The translations under genes and the position numbers were made by a program. Under the pieces are notes generated by a model. That model had not been told where the DNA came from. It saw only the letters and a program-made list of their open reading frames with translations, and made no database searches. DNA of 64,000 nt from Candidatus Poseidoniaceae archaeon. GTDB lineage: Archaea > Thermoplasmatota > Poseidoniia > Poseidoniales > Poseidoniaceae. Of the stretch, positions 52,934 to 63,100 are shown in pieces (positions within the stretch are counted from its first letter, which is position 1; each line of letters opens with the position of its first letter). The stretch spans positions 699-64,698 of the forward strand of contig JBMYNT010000002.1 of the NCBI GenBank assembly GCA_049598575.1, given 5' to 3'.

Positions 52934-53944
52934 ATGGGGGATGACGATGCGATGCAGTTTGACTCCATCGGATATCGCCATCAAATTCCAAATCCAGCAT
53001 GGTACAATCCATTCAAAAAACGAAAAGGAGCGGGAATCACCCACGTCGATCTTTCCATTCCGGAAGGGAGTATTATTGGCTTAGTAGGAACAAACGGTGC
53101 TGGAAAAACCACACTCTTGCGTATGATCAGCGGTATCCTTCCGCTCGAGCAAGGAACGGTGAAGCGCAACGAGAGTGTATTGGACAGCGATGCTTTGCGT
53201 TCCTTGGTCGGATTCATGCCTGAACAAGTCCGATGGTCAAGTCAAGGAACCATTCGCCGAACGATGACTGAGTTTGCCCACTTGCGTGGTTGCTCGGTCC
53301 AATCTGCACTGGATGTTCTTGCCGTTGTGGGACTCAAAAATCGAATGGATTCTACCCTTGATTCATTGAGCCAAGGTATGAGGCAACGGCTTTCTTTGGG
53401 CGTTGCTTTGCTTGGAACACCGCGTGTTCTCGTCCTCGATGAGCCGTTCAATGGCATGGATCCAGTTGCGATCGATGCGTTCAAACGCTTGCTTCGATCA
53501 CTCGCCAACAAGGGCATCTCGATCATCGTTTCAAGCCATCATCTCGCAGAACTTGATCACCTCGTAGATACCATTGCTTTGCTTCACCGCGGCCAACTGC
53601 TCGCACATGGCACAACCGATTCACTTCGAGCCAATCTTGGTTTTGAGCAAATGACAGAAATCGTTCTCGAACGGGAAATCGAGGAAGAACTTGTTGACGC
53701 GATGAAGGTTCTTGAACACATGGAATCCGAGGGACAACATCGCTATGTCATCGAATCAGGACATCATGACCTTCTCGAGAAACTCGTAAAGAACAATCAT
53801 ACAATTTCTACTTGGAGAGTCGTACCCCCAACGCTCATCGAACTGCTCTGCGCAGCAACAGGGATGGACCGGGAAACCATCGGAATGGATGTTGAACAAA
53901 GCAGCATGATACCGTTCCGAACCGTGGGTGGTGAAGAAGAATGA
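52934..53944 (+). CDS. ABC transporter ATP-binding protein (ABC-2 exporter type)
   Basis: Walker A GTNGAGKTT, signature LSQGMRQRL, Walker B VLVLDEP, and the C-terminal domain typical of ABC-2 ATPases. Confidence 0.9.
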   Translation: MGDDDAMQFDSIGYRHQIPNPAWYNPFKKRKGAGITHVDLSIPEGSIIGLVGTNGAGKTTLLRMISGILPLEQGTVKRNESVLDSDALRSLVGFMPEQVRWSSQGTIRRTMTEFAHLRGCSVQSALDVLAVVGLKNRMDSTLDSLSQGMRQRLSLGVALLGTPRVLVLDEPFNGMDPVAIDAFKRLLRSLANKGISIIVSSHHLAELDHLVDTIALLHRGQLLAHGTTDSLRANLGFEQMTEIVLEREIEEELVDAMKVLEHMESEGQHRYVIESGHHDLLEKLVKNNHTISTWRVVPPTLIELLCAATGMDRETIGMDVEQSSMIPFRTVGGEEE

Positions 53945-54771
53945 CACCATCCAGAGGAATGTGGCGGCTTGCGTTTGCTCTCAGTAAACAACGAATGTTA
54001 TCGACACGGATGTTGATCATGTTGCCAATTCTTTTGTTGTTCATTCCTGGAATGGCTTGGGGTTTTGCAGACCCAAACATTCAGCTTCCAGCGGAACAAC
54101 TTCCAACGAACGGAACGGAAGTCATGTTCCTTGCGAGCATTGGTATCGTATTCGCTGGAACGATGGCTGCTGTCCTCATCGCTCACGATGGAATTAGCAG
54201 GGATCGTGTGAGCGGTGTTCTCGAAGTCCGTCTTTCTCAACCGATGCCACGATGGAGACAAGGTGTTGTCCTCATGGTTGGCCATTGGAGCAGCATTGCG
54301 CTTCCTGTGGCTGTTCTGTTGATTGCATCCATGATGCTCGTAGGTCATCGAAGTGGTATGTGGATGCCGTTGAGTGATGCCCTCATCTACATCGTTGCAG
54401 CGATGTTGATTCTTTTGTGGTACACCGTCTTCGCCCTGCTTGCATCAAGTATTGCCAAGGAACAAGGTTCAGCCATTGCATTTTCAATCGGCCTGTGGTT
54501 CTTGTTCACATTGCTCTGGGTCCTGTTCACGACACTTCTCGCTGCATTGAACGGTGTTGCGGTTGGCGATACTCAAGATCAAGGATACCTCGTGTTTGAG
54601 GGGCGCCTGGATTTGCTTTCCCCGAACGGAGTCTATCATCATCTTTTGGAAACCCGATTGGACGGTGTCAATCGAGGTGTTTCAGCGCTTGGGGCATACC
54701 TTGCTGCAGTCCTGTGGACAATTGTACCAGTCTATTTGTTCCAACGCCGACTGAATCGGCTTGTTCCTTGA
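53941..54771 (+). CDS. ABC-2 family transporter permease
   Basis: Six hydrophobic helices. Its start overlaps the ATPase stop (ATGA). Confidence 0.7.
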   Translation: MTPSRGMWRLAFALSKQRMLSTRMLIMLPILLLFIPGMAWGFADPNIQLPAEQLPTNGTEVMFLASIGIVFAGTMAAVLIAHDGISRDRVSGVLEVRLSQPMPRWRQGVVLMVGHWSSIALPVAVLLIASMMLVGHRSGMWMPLSDALIYIVAAMLILLWYTVFALLASSIAKEQGSAIAFSIGLWFLFTLLWVLFTTLLAALNGVAVGDTQDQGYLVFEGRLDLLSPNGVYHHLLETRLDGVNRGVSALGAYLAAVLWTIVPVYLFQRRLNRLVP

Positions 54772-54817
54772 CTGTTCTTAACCAAGCATTGATGAACGTT
54801 GTTGGTCTCGACCAATC

Positions 54818-56734
54818 ATGATACCCGTCCTCATCATGATGCTTCTAGCCCTCGTGAGTCCGTCGATTGAAATGTCCACTTTGGATGAAAGCGAACCTGT
54901 CCAGACAACATCTGGGCGTCAAGGTAGCCTTGATGTAGATTGCAGTGGCTACACATTCGAAGACCTCTTCGAATACGATTTTGCTCTTTTCACGCTTGAT
55001 GTGAACGACGACTGGGCTACCGGGGTCATGGATGCGAGAGCATGGGTTAACGGCAGCAAATCCGCAGTTGTCCGAGACAATTTGGACGGTCTGTTTGAAG
55101 GCGTCCCAGGTGGTGACGATGACTGGATTTCAACCGATGAGCGAGAAGCTGTTCGCTCCATCGGACCAAAGTGCATCGCCGACATGGAAACCCGACTCGG
55201 TATTCGTGAAGGGCTTGCACACCGTGGAAACGTTGACTGGAACGATCTTGAATTCGTAGAGGATGGAATTGCACTCGATGAAGTCAATCTCGTTCCAACC
55301 GGTCACGAACAGGAGCGTTCGTGTAGCAGTCCTCTTTCAGATGCTGGATGCAAAGAAGTCCCGGTCACAGTGACGGACGATCTTGAAATTCACTTGCTCA
55401 TTGCTGAAAACCAGAACAACAACGTACGTTTCGATCAGCTTCCGAACCAAGGTAGTTCGAACTTTACACTGGCCATGAACATCACCAACATCACCGATGC
55501 ACGCCTCATCATGACCTTCCCCGTTGAACAAGGATTACGTGTTGCTGAAATGGGCTTCTATGACGACGGATTTCTCAATGAAGCACTTGCAGCACCAGAG
55601 AGCGAATTCCTACCGGACGGTCGATTGCGTATCGTCGCTGATGTCGATTATCCGCTCGGTTCCTATCCCATGGTCCGCAATCTGTTTGTTGACTTTACGA
55701 CCATGGCACCGTTCACCAACGAGGACCCTGTTTGGAGCGCACTTGCACCCGCTGAAGGGACCATCATCCCAGTTGGAACAACCAACGGAGAGATGCTCGC
55801 AACCGAAGATGCAGGCACGTGGGTGACCGACGAGAGCGGATGGAGTTTGCAATGCAATTTCGCCGATGCGGGCTGGGATGTCCGAATGGATGAAAACGCT
55901 GCATTGTACGTTACTGCAAACGGTGATTCAGCCATAGGACAATGTGCTGGCGTAGATGCATTTGGCGCAGAGACCGTTGAGCACCGCAACTACACCTTCG
56001 GCAAGGTCATGGACGCCTCTGCAGCAGTGTCAAGTGACGGTGACCAAATCGAGTTCACTGTTGCACCAACAGACCTTGTTCAGAGCCTAACCGTTTCAGC
56101 CCACGCACACCAAATGTCCGCCATGGGCTCAGAAACGACTGCAGTGGCTCAAGGAGCCTTCACAATACTCTCGTTGTCGATGTCTGGACTTGCACCAGGC
56201 GAAGTCATGATTATGGGTTCCGCCACGGCCAATGGCATGTTGGATTACAATTTCATGCTCGATTTGGGTATCGAAAAGGCAAACACACCTCCAACGATCA
56301 CGATTGATACCAATCTCCAGGGCCAAGAGGCTGAGTGGGAACTTGATGGACTGAAGTTTACGCTCAATGGAAACGTCATCGATCCTGATGGTCAAGATGT
56401 GAGCATGGTTTTGAGCATCTGCAACGGCCAAACATCGAACTTCAATCGAGACAACCTCGCATGGGAGATTCAAGTCTCCATCGCCAACTGCATCCAGAAC
56501 AACATCGAATCACCATACAACGTGGTTATCTTGGCATCCGATGAGTCTGGTGCAACAACCACTCTGAGCATCGACGTCGTTGATCCAAACGCTGGAGGCA
56601 CCGATTCGGGTGGCGATTCAAGCACAACCGACAGCGAAGAAGAGGCAGGAAACATCCTCCCTGCTCCAGGAATGCTTGCGACGATGATGATTGGATTGGT
56701 TGCGGCAGGATGGGTTTCATCACGCCGATATTGA
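54818..56734 (+). CDS. Secreted cell-surface protein with signal peptide, Ser/Thr/Asp-rich linker and PGF-CTERM-type archaeosortase sorting signal
   Basis: 638 aa. The C-terminus …GGTDSGGDSSTTDSEEEAGNILPAPGMLATMMIGLVAAGWVSSRRY has a PGM variant of the PGF motif, then a TM and an Arg cluster. Confidence 0.7.
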   Translation: MIPVLIMMLLALVSPSIEMSTLDESEPVQTTSGRQGSLDVDCSGYTFEDLFEYDFALFTLDVNDDWATGVMDARAWVNGSKSAVVRDNLDGLFEGVPGGDDDWISTDEREAVRSIGPKCIADMETRLGIREGLAHRGNVDWNDLEFVEDGIALDEVNLVPTGHEQERSCSSPLSDAGCKEVPVTVTDDLEIHLLIAENQNNNVRFDQLPNQGSSNFTLAMNITNITDARLIMTFPVEQGLRVAEMGFYDDGFLNEALAAPESEFLPDGRLRIVADVDYPLGSYPMVRNLFVDFTTMAPFTNEDPVWSALAPAEGTIIPVGTTNGEMLATEDAGTWVTDESGWSLQCNFADAGWDVRMDENAALYVTANGDSAIGQCAGVDAFGAETVEHRNYTFGKVMDASAAVSSDGDQIEFTVAPTDLVQSLTVSAHAHQMSAMGSETTAVAQGAFTILSLSMSGLAPGEVMIMGSATANGMLDYNFMLDLGIEKANTPPTITIDTNLQGQEAEWELDGLKFTLNGNVIDPDGQDVSMVLSICNGQTSNFNRDNLAWEIQVSIANCIQNNIESPYNVVILASDESGATTTLSIDVVDPNAGGTDSGGDSSTTDSEEEAGNILPAPGMLATMMIGLVAAGWVSSRRY

Positions 56735-56779
56735 CCAACAGACTCAAACGCAGTTGCAAGGCACGTAGGGTTGAGGGAC

Positions 56780-57799
56780 ATGTTTCGAGGTACTGTTGAC
56801 CGTACAAGCCACGAGGGTGGTTTACTTCTCACCTTCAGTGGATCCTCACCAGCTCTTGGCTCCATCATCGTTCGAGAGGAGGATGGACACTACATCGGGA
56901 AGGTCGACGCAGTTTTGGGTTCGACCGAAGCACCTCTTGCACACGTTGCACATCTTGACCGAAAGCAGGACAATGATGCATTCATAGGTGCTACTGTAAC
57001 CATTCGAGCCAAGAAAGAGCGTGAAGAACGTCCTCGCCGAGAGCAACGAAGTGAACGACCTCAACGTCGTGACGACCGCTCCTTTGACCGTCGAGACAAT
57101 CTTCGAAGGAATGACGAGCAAAAAGACGACTGGGTTTGTGCTTCATGCGAGAATGTCAATTTCTCTTGGAGAACGGAATGCAACAGTTGTGGGAAAGGCA
57201 AGGATGGGAACGTCAAAGCCTACAAATCCTCCTTCAGGGACAACAACCGCTCAAACAATCGTCGAGACCGACCTCAACAGGAACGTCATGGACGCAACGA
57301 TTGGATTTGCTCATCATGTGGCAACGACAACTTCTCGTTCCGTACAGAATGCAACAAATGTGGAACGCCGAAAGCAGGAGGAGGCGGGCAAGGACGATCT
57401 CGTGGAGGCTTTGCAGATCGTGGCCAACGTGGTGGCAGAGACTCAGACAGACGTGGTGGAAACCGCGACGGGGGCCGTGGATTCGGTGGAGGCCGTGGAA
57501 GAGATTCAGATCGACGTGGTGGAAACCGTGACGGAGGCCGTGGATTCGGCGGAGGCCGTGGAAGAGATTCAGACCGACGTGGTGGAAGTCGCGACGGAGG
57601 CCGTGGATTCGGCGGGAACAGAGACAGTCGTGATGATCGACGTGACTCTGGACGAGGTCGTCCAAATCGAGATCGCAACGATGAGCGTCCAAATGAGCGT
57701 TATCGAAAAGCCCGAGGAAAACGGCCAGGTCATGCACACAACCGAGGACCTCAACCCATTCGTCCTCGACGCTATCAAGGCAAAGACCGAGACGACTGA
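56780..57799 (+). CDS. gar1: H/ACA RNP protein Gar1 core fused to two RanBP2-type zinc fingers and a C-terminal Arg/Gly-rich (RGG) repeat domain
   Basis: Gar1 beta-barrel signature (GTVDRTSHEGGLLLTFSG…LGSIIVREEDGHYIGKVDAVLGSTEAPLAHVAHL…FIGATVTI). Two WxCxxCxxxNxxxxxxCxxC fingers (WVCASCENVNFSWRTECNSCG and WICSSCGNDNFSFRTECNKCG). Three copies of a 21-aa unit GRDSDRRGGNRDGGRGFGGGR. The track start is a TTG; ATG is at M4. Confidence 0.7.
   Translation: MFRGTVDRTSHEGGLLLTFSGSSPALGSIIVREEDGHYIGKVDAVLGSTEAPLAHVAHLDRKQDNDAFIGATVTIRAKKEREERPRREQRSERPQRRDDRSFDRRDNLRRNDEQKDDWVCASCENVNFSWRTECNSCGKGKDGNVKAYKSSFRDNNRSNNRRDRPQQERHGRNDWICSSCGNDNFSFRTECNKCGTPKAGGGGQGRSRGGFADRGQRGGRDSDRRGGNRDGGRGFGGGRGRDSDRRGGNRDGGRGFGGGRGRDSDRRGGSRDGGRGFGGNRDSRDDRRDSGRGRPNRDRNDERPNERYRKARGKRPGHAHNRGPQPIRPRRYQGKDRDD
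57437..57625 (+). repeat. Three tandem ~63-bp direct repeats encoding the RGG units of the Gar1 fusion
   Basis: Near-identical units agagaYtcagaYMgacgtggtggaaaccgYgacggRggccgtggattcggYggaggccgtgga read in the sequence; the third unit is degenerate. Confidence 0.7.
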
Positions 57800-57810
57800 G
57801 GTGAACGGAC

Positions 57811-58848
57811 GTGACAGCAGAAGCCCATTACTTGGATGCGCTTGAAGCACTTGATGCGGAAAACCGCGAAGAGGCGCTCAAGCATGCTCGAAAGGCGGTC
57901 AAACTTGACCCCGAACATGCTGATGCTTGGAGAGTCATTTCTGATGCGAGTCTTCCAGGATCTCGACTGCAACCAACCTTGAAGCAAGCTGCTTCCTCAC
58001 TCTCTGCTGCGAAAAAAGTGGTTGCTCTCCAACCAGATGATCTGGCCATGTGGGTTCGAGGAGGACGATTGCTTTCAGATGAACTTGGTTTGTACATGGA
58101 TGCGCTTCAATGGTGGCAAGATGCACGTCATCATGCACCAGAAGAGGTCACACCGATTGTTGAGCAAGCAGCTATTCTTGCAGATATGGGACTTTACAGT
58201 GAAGCAAGCGATCGGTTGCAGTCCATTTTTGATGAAAACATGGACCTTGCTACAACGCAGTATGCACGCGTTGCACGATTGCATCAAATGTGTCAATTGG
58301 CCAGTGAACAACCGTCCTCTGAGCATTTCAAACCGTGGGAGAAACATCACGACGGTTGGGAAGCCATCAAGATGCGAATGAACAAACCGCCGATCAGTGA
58401 ATCGAAAATCTTCCTTCTCATCACTACGCCAATCCTCATGCTGGAAGTCATCATGGCACCACAGTTGTTCGGTTCTGGGTTCGGAGGTTTCTGTCTTACC
58501 TCCTTACTCATCCTTACGACCGTCATCTTTGGAATGCGAATCTCGAGGCGATGGTTCCAGCGGCTCAACAGGCCTGCTTTCAATCTCTTACGAGCTATGG
58601 ACTTCGAAACTGCAACAGGCTATGTTGTCATACCAGAAGAGATTCGAATTTCGAAACTGTTCATGTTCATTCTCAGCAGAAGGCCACCCGCATTCCAAGA
58701 TCGAATGCTGAAAATTGTTGATGCAAAAGAGACCTTCAAGGGCGATTGGAAGCCCAAGTTACCTGACTTCTCTTCACATAAGTCCGATGAAGCCCCATTC
58801 TGGGAAGAAGAACAGGATGAGGATCTCACCTCATTTGAAGAGGAATAG
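57811..58848 (+). CDS. Hypothetical protein with TPR-like N-terminal region and central hydrophobic segments
   Basis: 345 aa. Its start is 12 nt after the gar1 stop. Acidic C-terminus. No confident family assignment. Confidence 0.4.
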   Translation: MTAEAHYLDALEALDAENREEALKHARKAVKLDPEHADAWRVISDASLPGSRLQPTLKQAASSLSAAKKVVALQPDDLAMWVRGGRLLSDELGLYMDALQWWQDARHHAPEEVTPIVEQAAILADMGLYSEASDRLQSIFDENMDLATTQYARVARLHQMCQLASEQPSSEHFKPWEKHHDGWEAIKMRMNKPPISESKIFLLITTPILMLEVIMAPQLFGSGFGGFCLTSLLILTTVIFGMRISRRWFQRLNRPAFNLLRAMDFETATGYVVIPEEIRISKLFMFILSRRPPAFQDRMLKIVDAKETFKGDWKPKLPDFSSHKSDEAPFWEEEQDEDLTSFEEE

Positions 58849-58853
58849 ATTGC

Positions 58854-60128
58854 TCAGGTTCCTGCAGTATAATCGTCCTTGTATTCGATTTGGTCAGCAG
58901 TGAGCGTGTCAATGCTTACACCGATCGTTGCGAGTTTGGTGGTTGCTAAGTCTTGATCTTGTTCAAGGGTAATGTCGTAGACGTTGTGGTCCATATCCTT
59001 GGCTTCAGCAGCGAGTCTGCACAACGAAAGGAATTGATTTGCGAAGGACATATCCATGACTTCGGAAGGATGGCCTTCAGCAGCTGCAAGGTTCACGAGG
59101 CGTCCTCGAGCAAGAAGATGGATTTTGTTTCCATTTGCTAGGGTGAATTCTTCGTTATCCTTTCGAATGGTTCGAACGGAGGTCGAGAGGTTCTCAAGTG
59201 CAACGACATCGATTTCACAATCGTAATGCCCAGTGTTGGATACGATGGCACCATCTTTCATCGTTGCAAAGTGGCGCTCGACAATGATGTCTTTCATTCC
59301 GGTCGCGGTACAGAAGATGTCACCCAATGGTGCAGCATCGTCCATGGTCATGACCTTGTAGCCATCCATAACGGCTCGGAGTGCAGCGAGTGGATCCACT
59401 TCTGTGACAATGACGTTGGCTCCAAGGCCACGAGCACGCATAGCAACACCTTTTCCACAGTGACCGTACCCTGCGACCACCATTGTTTTCCCTGCAATAA
59501 GGACAGAGGTTGCTCGTAAGATTCCATCGAGCGTTGATTGTCCAGTCCCGTAGACGTTGTCAAAGTCCCACTTGGTTACAGCATCGTTGACGGCAATGAC
59601 AGGATACTTGAGGTCCCCAGCAGCAGCCATTGCTCGAAGTCGGTGCACACCTGTTGTGGTTTCTTCTGTTCCACCGAGAACACCTTCTGCATACTCAGAG
59701 CGTTCACCATGGACACGGACGATCAAATCGGCTCCATCATCTAGCGTGAGTGTTGGCTTGAACTCTAGGGTCTTGTCAATGCACCAATAGAAATCATCAA
59801 CGCTTTGACCATGCCAAGCATACACAGAATAGCCTTCACGGGCAAGCCAAGCAGCAACATCGTCTTGTGTTGACAAAGGATTGCAACCGGACCAAGAAAG
59901 CTCAGCGCCTGCAGCAGCAATGGTTTCGACCAACACAGCGGTCTCTTTGGTCACATGTAAACAGCCTGCTACACGCATTCCTGCCAGTGGTTTCGTGCGT
60001 TCGGCTTCTTCTCGAAGTGCTGCAAGAACCGGCATTCTGGAACGAGCCCAATCAACTCTCAATGATCCTTCATCTGCAAGTCCAATGTTGCGAACGGCAT
60101 AGCCATCACCCGTATCCAAACCTTCCAT
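58854..60128 (-). CDS. ahcY: Adenosylhomocysteinase (S-adenosyl-L-homocysteine hydrolase)
   Basis: 424 aa with an NAD-binding domain (…VAGYGHCGKGVA…) and strongly conserved SAHH blocks. Confidence 0.95.
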   Translation of the reverse strand: MEGLDTGDGYAVRNIGLADEGSLRVDWARSRMPVLAALREEAERTKPLAGMRVAGCLHVTKETAVLVETIAAAGAELSWSGCNPLSTQDDVAAWLAREGYSVYAWHGQSVDDFYWCIDKTLEFKPTLTLDDGADLIVRVHGERSEYAEGVLGGTEETTTGVHRLRAMAAAGDLKYPVIAVNDAVTKWDFDNVYGTGQSTLDGILRATSVLIAGKTMVVAGYGHCGKGVAMRARGLGANVIVTEVDPLAALRAVMDGYKVMTMDDAAPLGDIFCTATGMKDIIVERHFATMKDGAIVSNTGHYDCEIDVVALENLSTSVRTIRKDNEEFTLANGNKIHLLARGRLVNLAAAEGHPSEVMDMSFANQFLSLCRLAAEAKDMDHNVYDITLEQDQDLATTKLATIGVSIDTLTADQIEYKDDYTAGT

Positions 60129-60188
60129 GACTCTTGCGAGTACTCTGGGTTTTTCAACCCATCTTCATGGCCACGGGGCCACTGGCAT

Positions 60189-63100
60189 CTATTGCTGCTG
60201 TTGGGCTTGTGCAGCATACTGCTGTGCATATTGCGCAGCCGTCGCCTCATCGTAACCCTGAGCAACGAATTGCTGGTAATACTGGTTGTAGTATTGCGTG
60301 TACAAATCGTTGCTTGCAGCTGCAGGTGCGGCAGCGGCTGGCGCTGCGGCTGCTGCAGATTGGCCCACATATTGGGCAGCATAGGCACGTGCGGTCTCTT
60401 CAGGATAACCTTGAGCGATCAATTGCTGGACGTACTGTTCCGTCATATCCATCTCTTGGCCATAGCCTGCGGCAGCAGCACTGAGGTTGTCGACCTTGTC
60501 ACCACTTCCACCACGGAGGAAGAAGACTGTTACAAGCAGAAGGACGAGAATAGTCGCAATGATGCCGACAATGAGCATCAGGCTGCTTTCTTCTGTATCT
60601 TCGCCTCCTTGATTGTCCGTGCTTGGCTCAGACCATGTTCCGGTCTCAGGGTCGTATTCCCATTCACCAATCCAGTCACACTCAGAGGTGGTTGAGTTCC
60701 ATGCAAATTCACCGCCGGCAGCGAGAGCGCTCTCGTTGGCGAGTACACCACGACATTGCTTGAGGTTGATGAGAACCATCTTGGTCAAATCATCGGACCA
60801 TCGCTCATCGTCCCCTTCGTAGACTCGAACCCAGATCTCAACAACTTCACTCGTATTGCTGTAGAACTCATCAATGTTCAGTGTCAATTCGAACGTATCC
60901 GAGTCAGCAAGAGCATCGGTACGGTCAAACTTGCTGTCTGTAATGAGGTTGTACTTCTCAATCGCAGATGCCGAGAAGTCCTCTCGCGAGAAGGCTGCTT
61001 CGACGTAAACCTCACCGGTTTCCGATCCTGAGAGGATGGTTCCGGTGATGGTGTAGGTTGATTCGCTTACGCCAACAGATGTGTTCTCGAAATCATTGTA
61101 CTGAACGACTGGGATTTCATCCCCGTATCCTTCAGGTACGACGACGAAGTACATTCGGAACTTGTCCGAGAACTTACCGGATGCATCGTAGACACGAAGT
61201 TCCATACGAATCTGCGACTCTGCTGTTCCTGAATCGTCAACGGTAACGTTCTGGAATTTGTACGAGAAGAGACCGTTGCTTGCAGCGGATTCTTCGAACG
61301 TGTGTCCTTCCAAATTGAACGAGGTGTCACCGTACGGAGCGTCGAAGAAGACCTTCCATTCGTAGGTAACAATTCCGTTGGTTCCATCGATTGCATCTGC
61401 ATCGAACGATTCGCTTGCATCGAAGTGGAGAACAAGTTCACCCGCTTCGGAGAGAATCACTCGGTTGACGTCCCATTCTGTGCTGGAAACTGTCTTCGTT
61501 CCGATGTACTCGATGTTGTCTGCGTACTCGTCACGCATGTCGATGCTCATGTTGGCTTCAGGTGCGAATGCGTCAGCGAGGACATCGTTAGTTTCGACAT
61601 CGACAGTGATGATTCGAGCGTGTCCTGCTTCATCGTGCAGAAGCAGAGTTACAGTCCATGTAGCACCTTGGAGACATCCTGTTGCGGACGACAAGTCGGT
61701 CTTACAAAAGGTCGCTGATGGGGAGGCTTCCGAAATGTGATCGGTTCCACTTGCCATGGTTTGACCCATCCAGTCGGTTGGACCGTCAAGAATCCAATCG
61801 GCTGTGAGCGTTGCTGAGGTAGCTGTTGTGTAACCGAAGTTGACGGTCGCATCGCTCTTCATGTAGTGCGTAGCATAGCCACCGGTTGATGGATCAATAC
61901 CAGGCATTTCACCATCAATGGTCAGTCCGAGATCTTGGCCCATAGCACCGAATCCTTCTGGATAAGGCGTGACGGAGTAGGACAGCATGTTTCCGAGAAG
62001 TGGGAAGGTTGTGCTGTCTGCTCGAGACGAGTAGGTCGATACGTCAATGGTGGAAACGATCATTCCACCTTGGTAGTAACTGCATGTTCCCATGATGACG
62101 TCCTTGCTGTTCGCATCGGTTCGCAGCAGGCTCTGGAAGAATCCGCCATCCTCCATGTATCCATTACAGACACCTGGAACGTTTTGCGTGCTCACAGAGT
62201 TTGTGTTGAGAACAGCTGTTGCGACGGTTCCATCACCCTCGAAGCCTTGGAAGGCGGTCGTAGACACATCGTCCATGATTGGGTGGAATGGGTCCGCAAT
62301 GTCGAGGCCTGTGTAGAGAATCTTGGTCTCAGGCGTGTTTCGGCTCTGGACGTCCATACCAAACGGTAGTCGTCCGTTCAATCCAACGTCAAGACCGTAG
62401 ATTTGGCTTCCTTGAGGACCAAGGTGAGCTTGTACAGTACCTCCAGCGGACATGAACGACTCGAGCGTTTGTCGGTTGGCAGTGGAGCCGAGCTTCTGGT
62501 AGTAACCACGGCCGCCGCTTTCAACGTCCTTTGCAGCGATGTCTTCTTGCCATGGCAAGAGAATCTTGTCGTAGTGAGTCATCCATCCTGAGTCGAGGTA
62601 AGTGGTCCAATCGTTGATGCCGTACTGTGTGTAGGACATGCCCAAGAGTTGGAGATCCTGCTTGATGGTTGAGGTACGTGCGGTTGAATCACCGAGGATG
62701 GCAACGTCGATTTGGTCTGCAAAGGTTGCATGGAAGTAACGAACGTTACCGCTTGGGTTTCCGTTGGCAAGTTCAGCGTGGAAACTGATGTTGTAGGTGT
62801 GGCCATCCATCCAGCCGTTGTACGCAGGGAACGTCAAGTCAATGCGCTCGTTGGATGCGAGTGTTGTGGTCGTTGGAGCAGAAGATGCTTGGTAAACTTG
62901 GGTTCCGTCTGTCTCGTCAAAGACGGTCATGTAGAACATGTAATCGCCAGCCAACACACCGTTGGTTGCCTTGAGGTCCCAGTTGTGTGTCAAACTTCCA
63001 TCGATTGGGAGGACACAAGCATAGACACCATCATCCAAGCACGCAAGTGTGCTTGGCTTACCGAGTGTGATGTCAACCGATTCAACGTTGAAGATCACTT

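Noticed and set aside
57437-57625. Possible CRISPR array (regularly spaced near-identical repeats)
   Set aside because: The units are directly tandem with no spacers, are in-frame coding for RGG units, and no cas genes are nearby.
57234-57737. Track ORFs 57136..57531(+), 57234..57737(-), 57286..57678(-), overlapping the gar1 RGG region
   Set aside because: They are alternate frames of the 63-bp tandem repeats, showing proline/arginine-rich or histidine-rich junk. The Gar1 frame has coherent domain structure.
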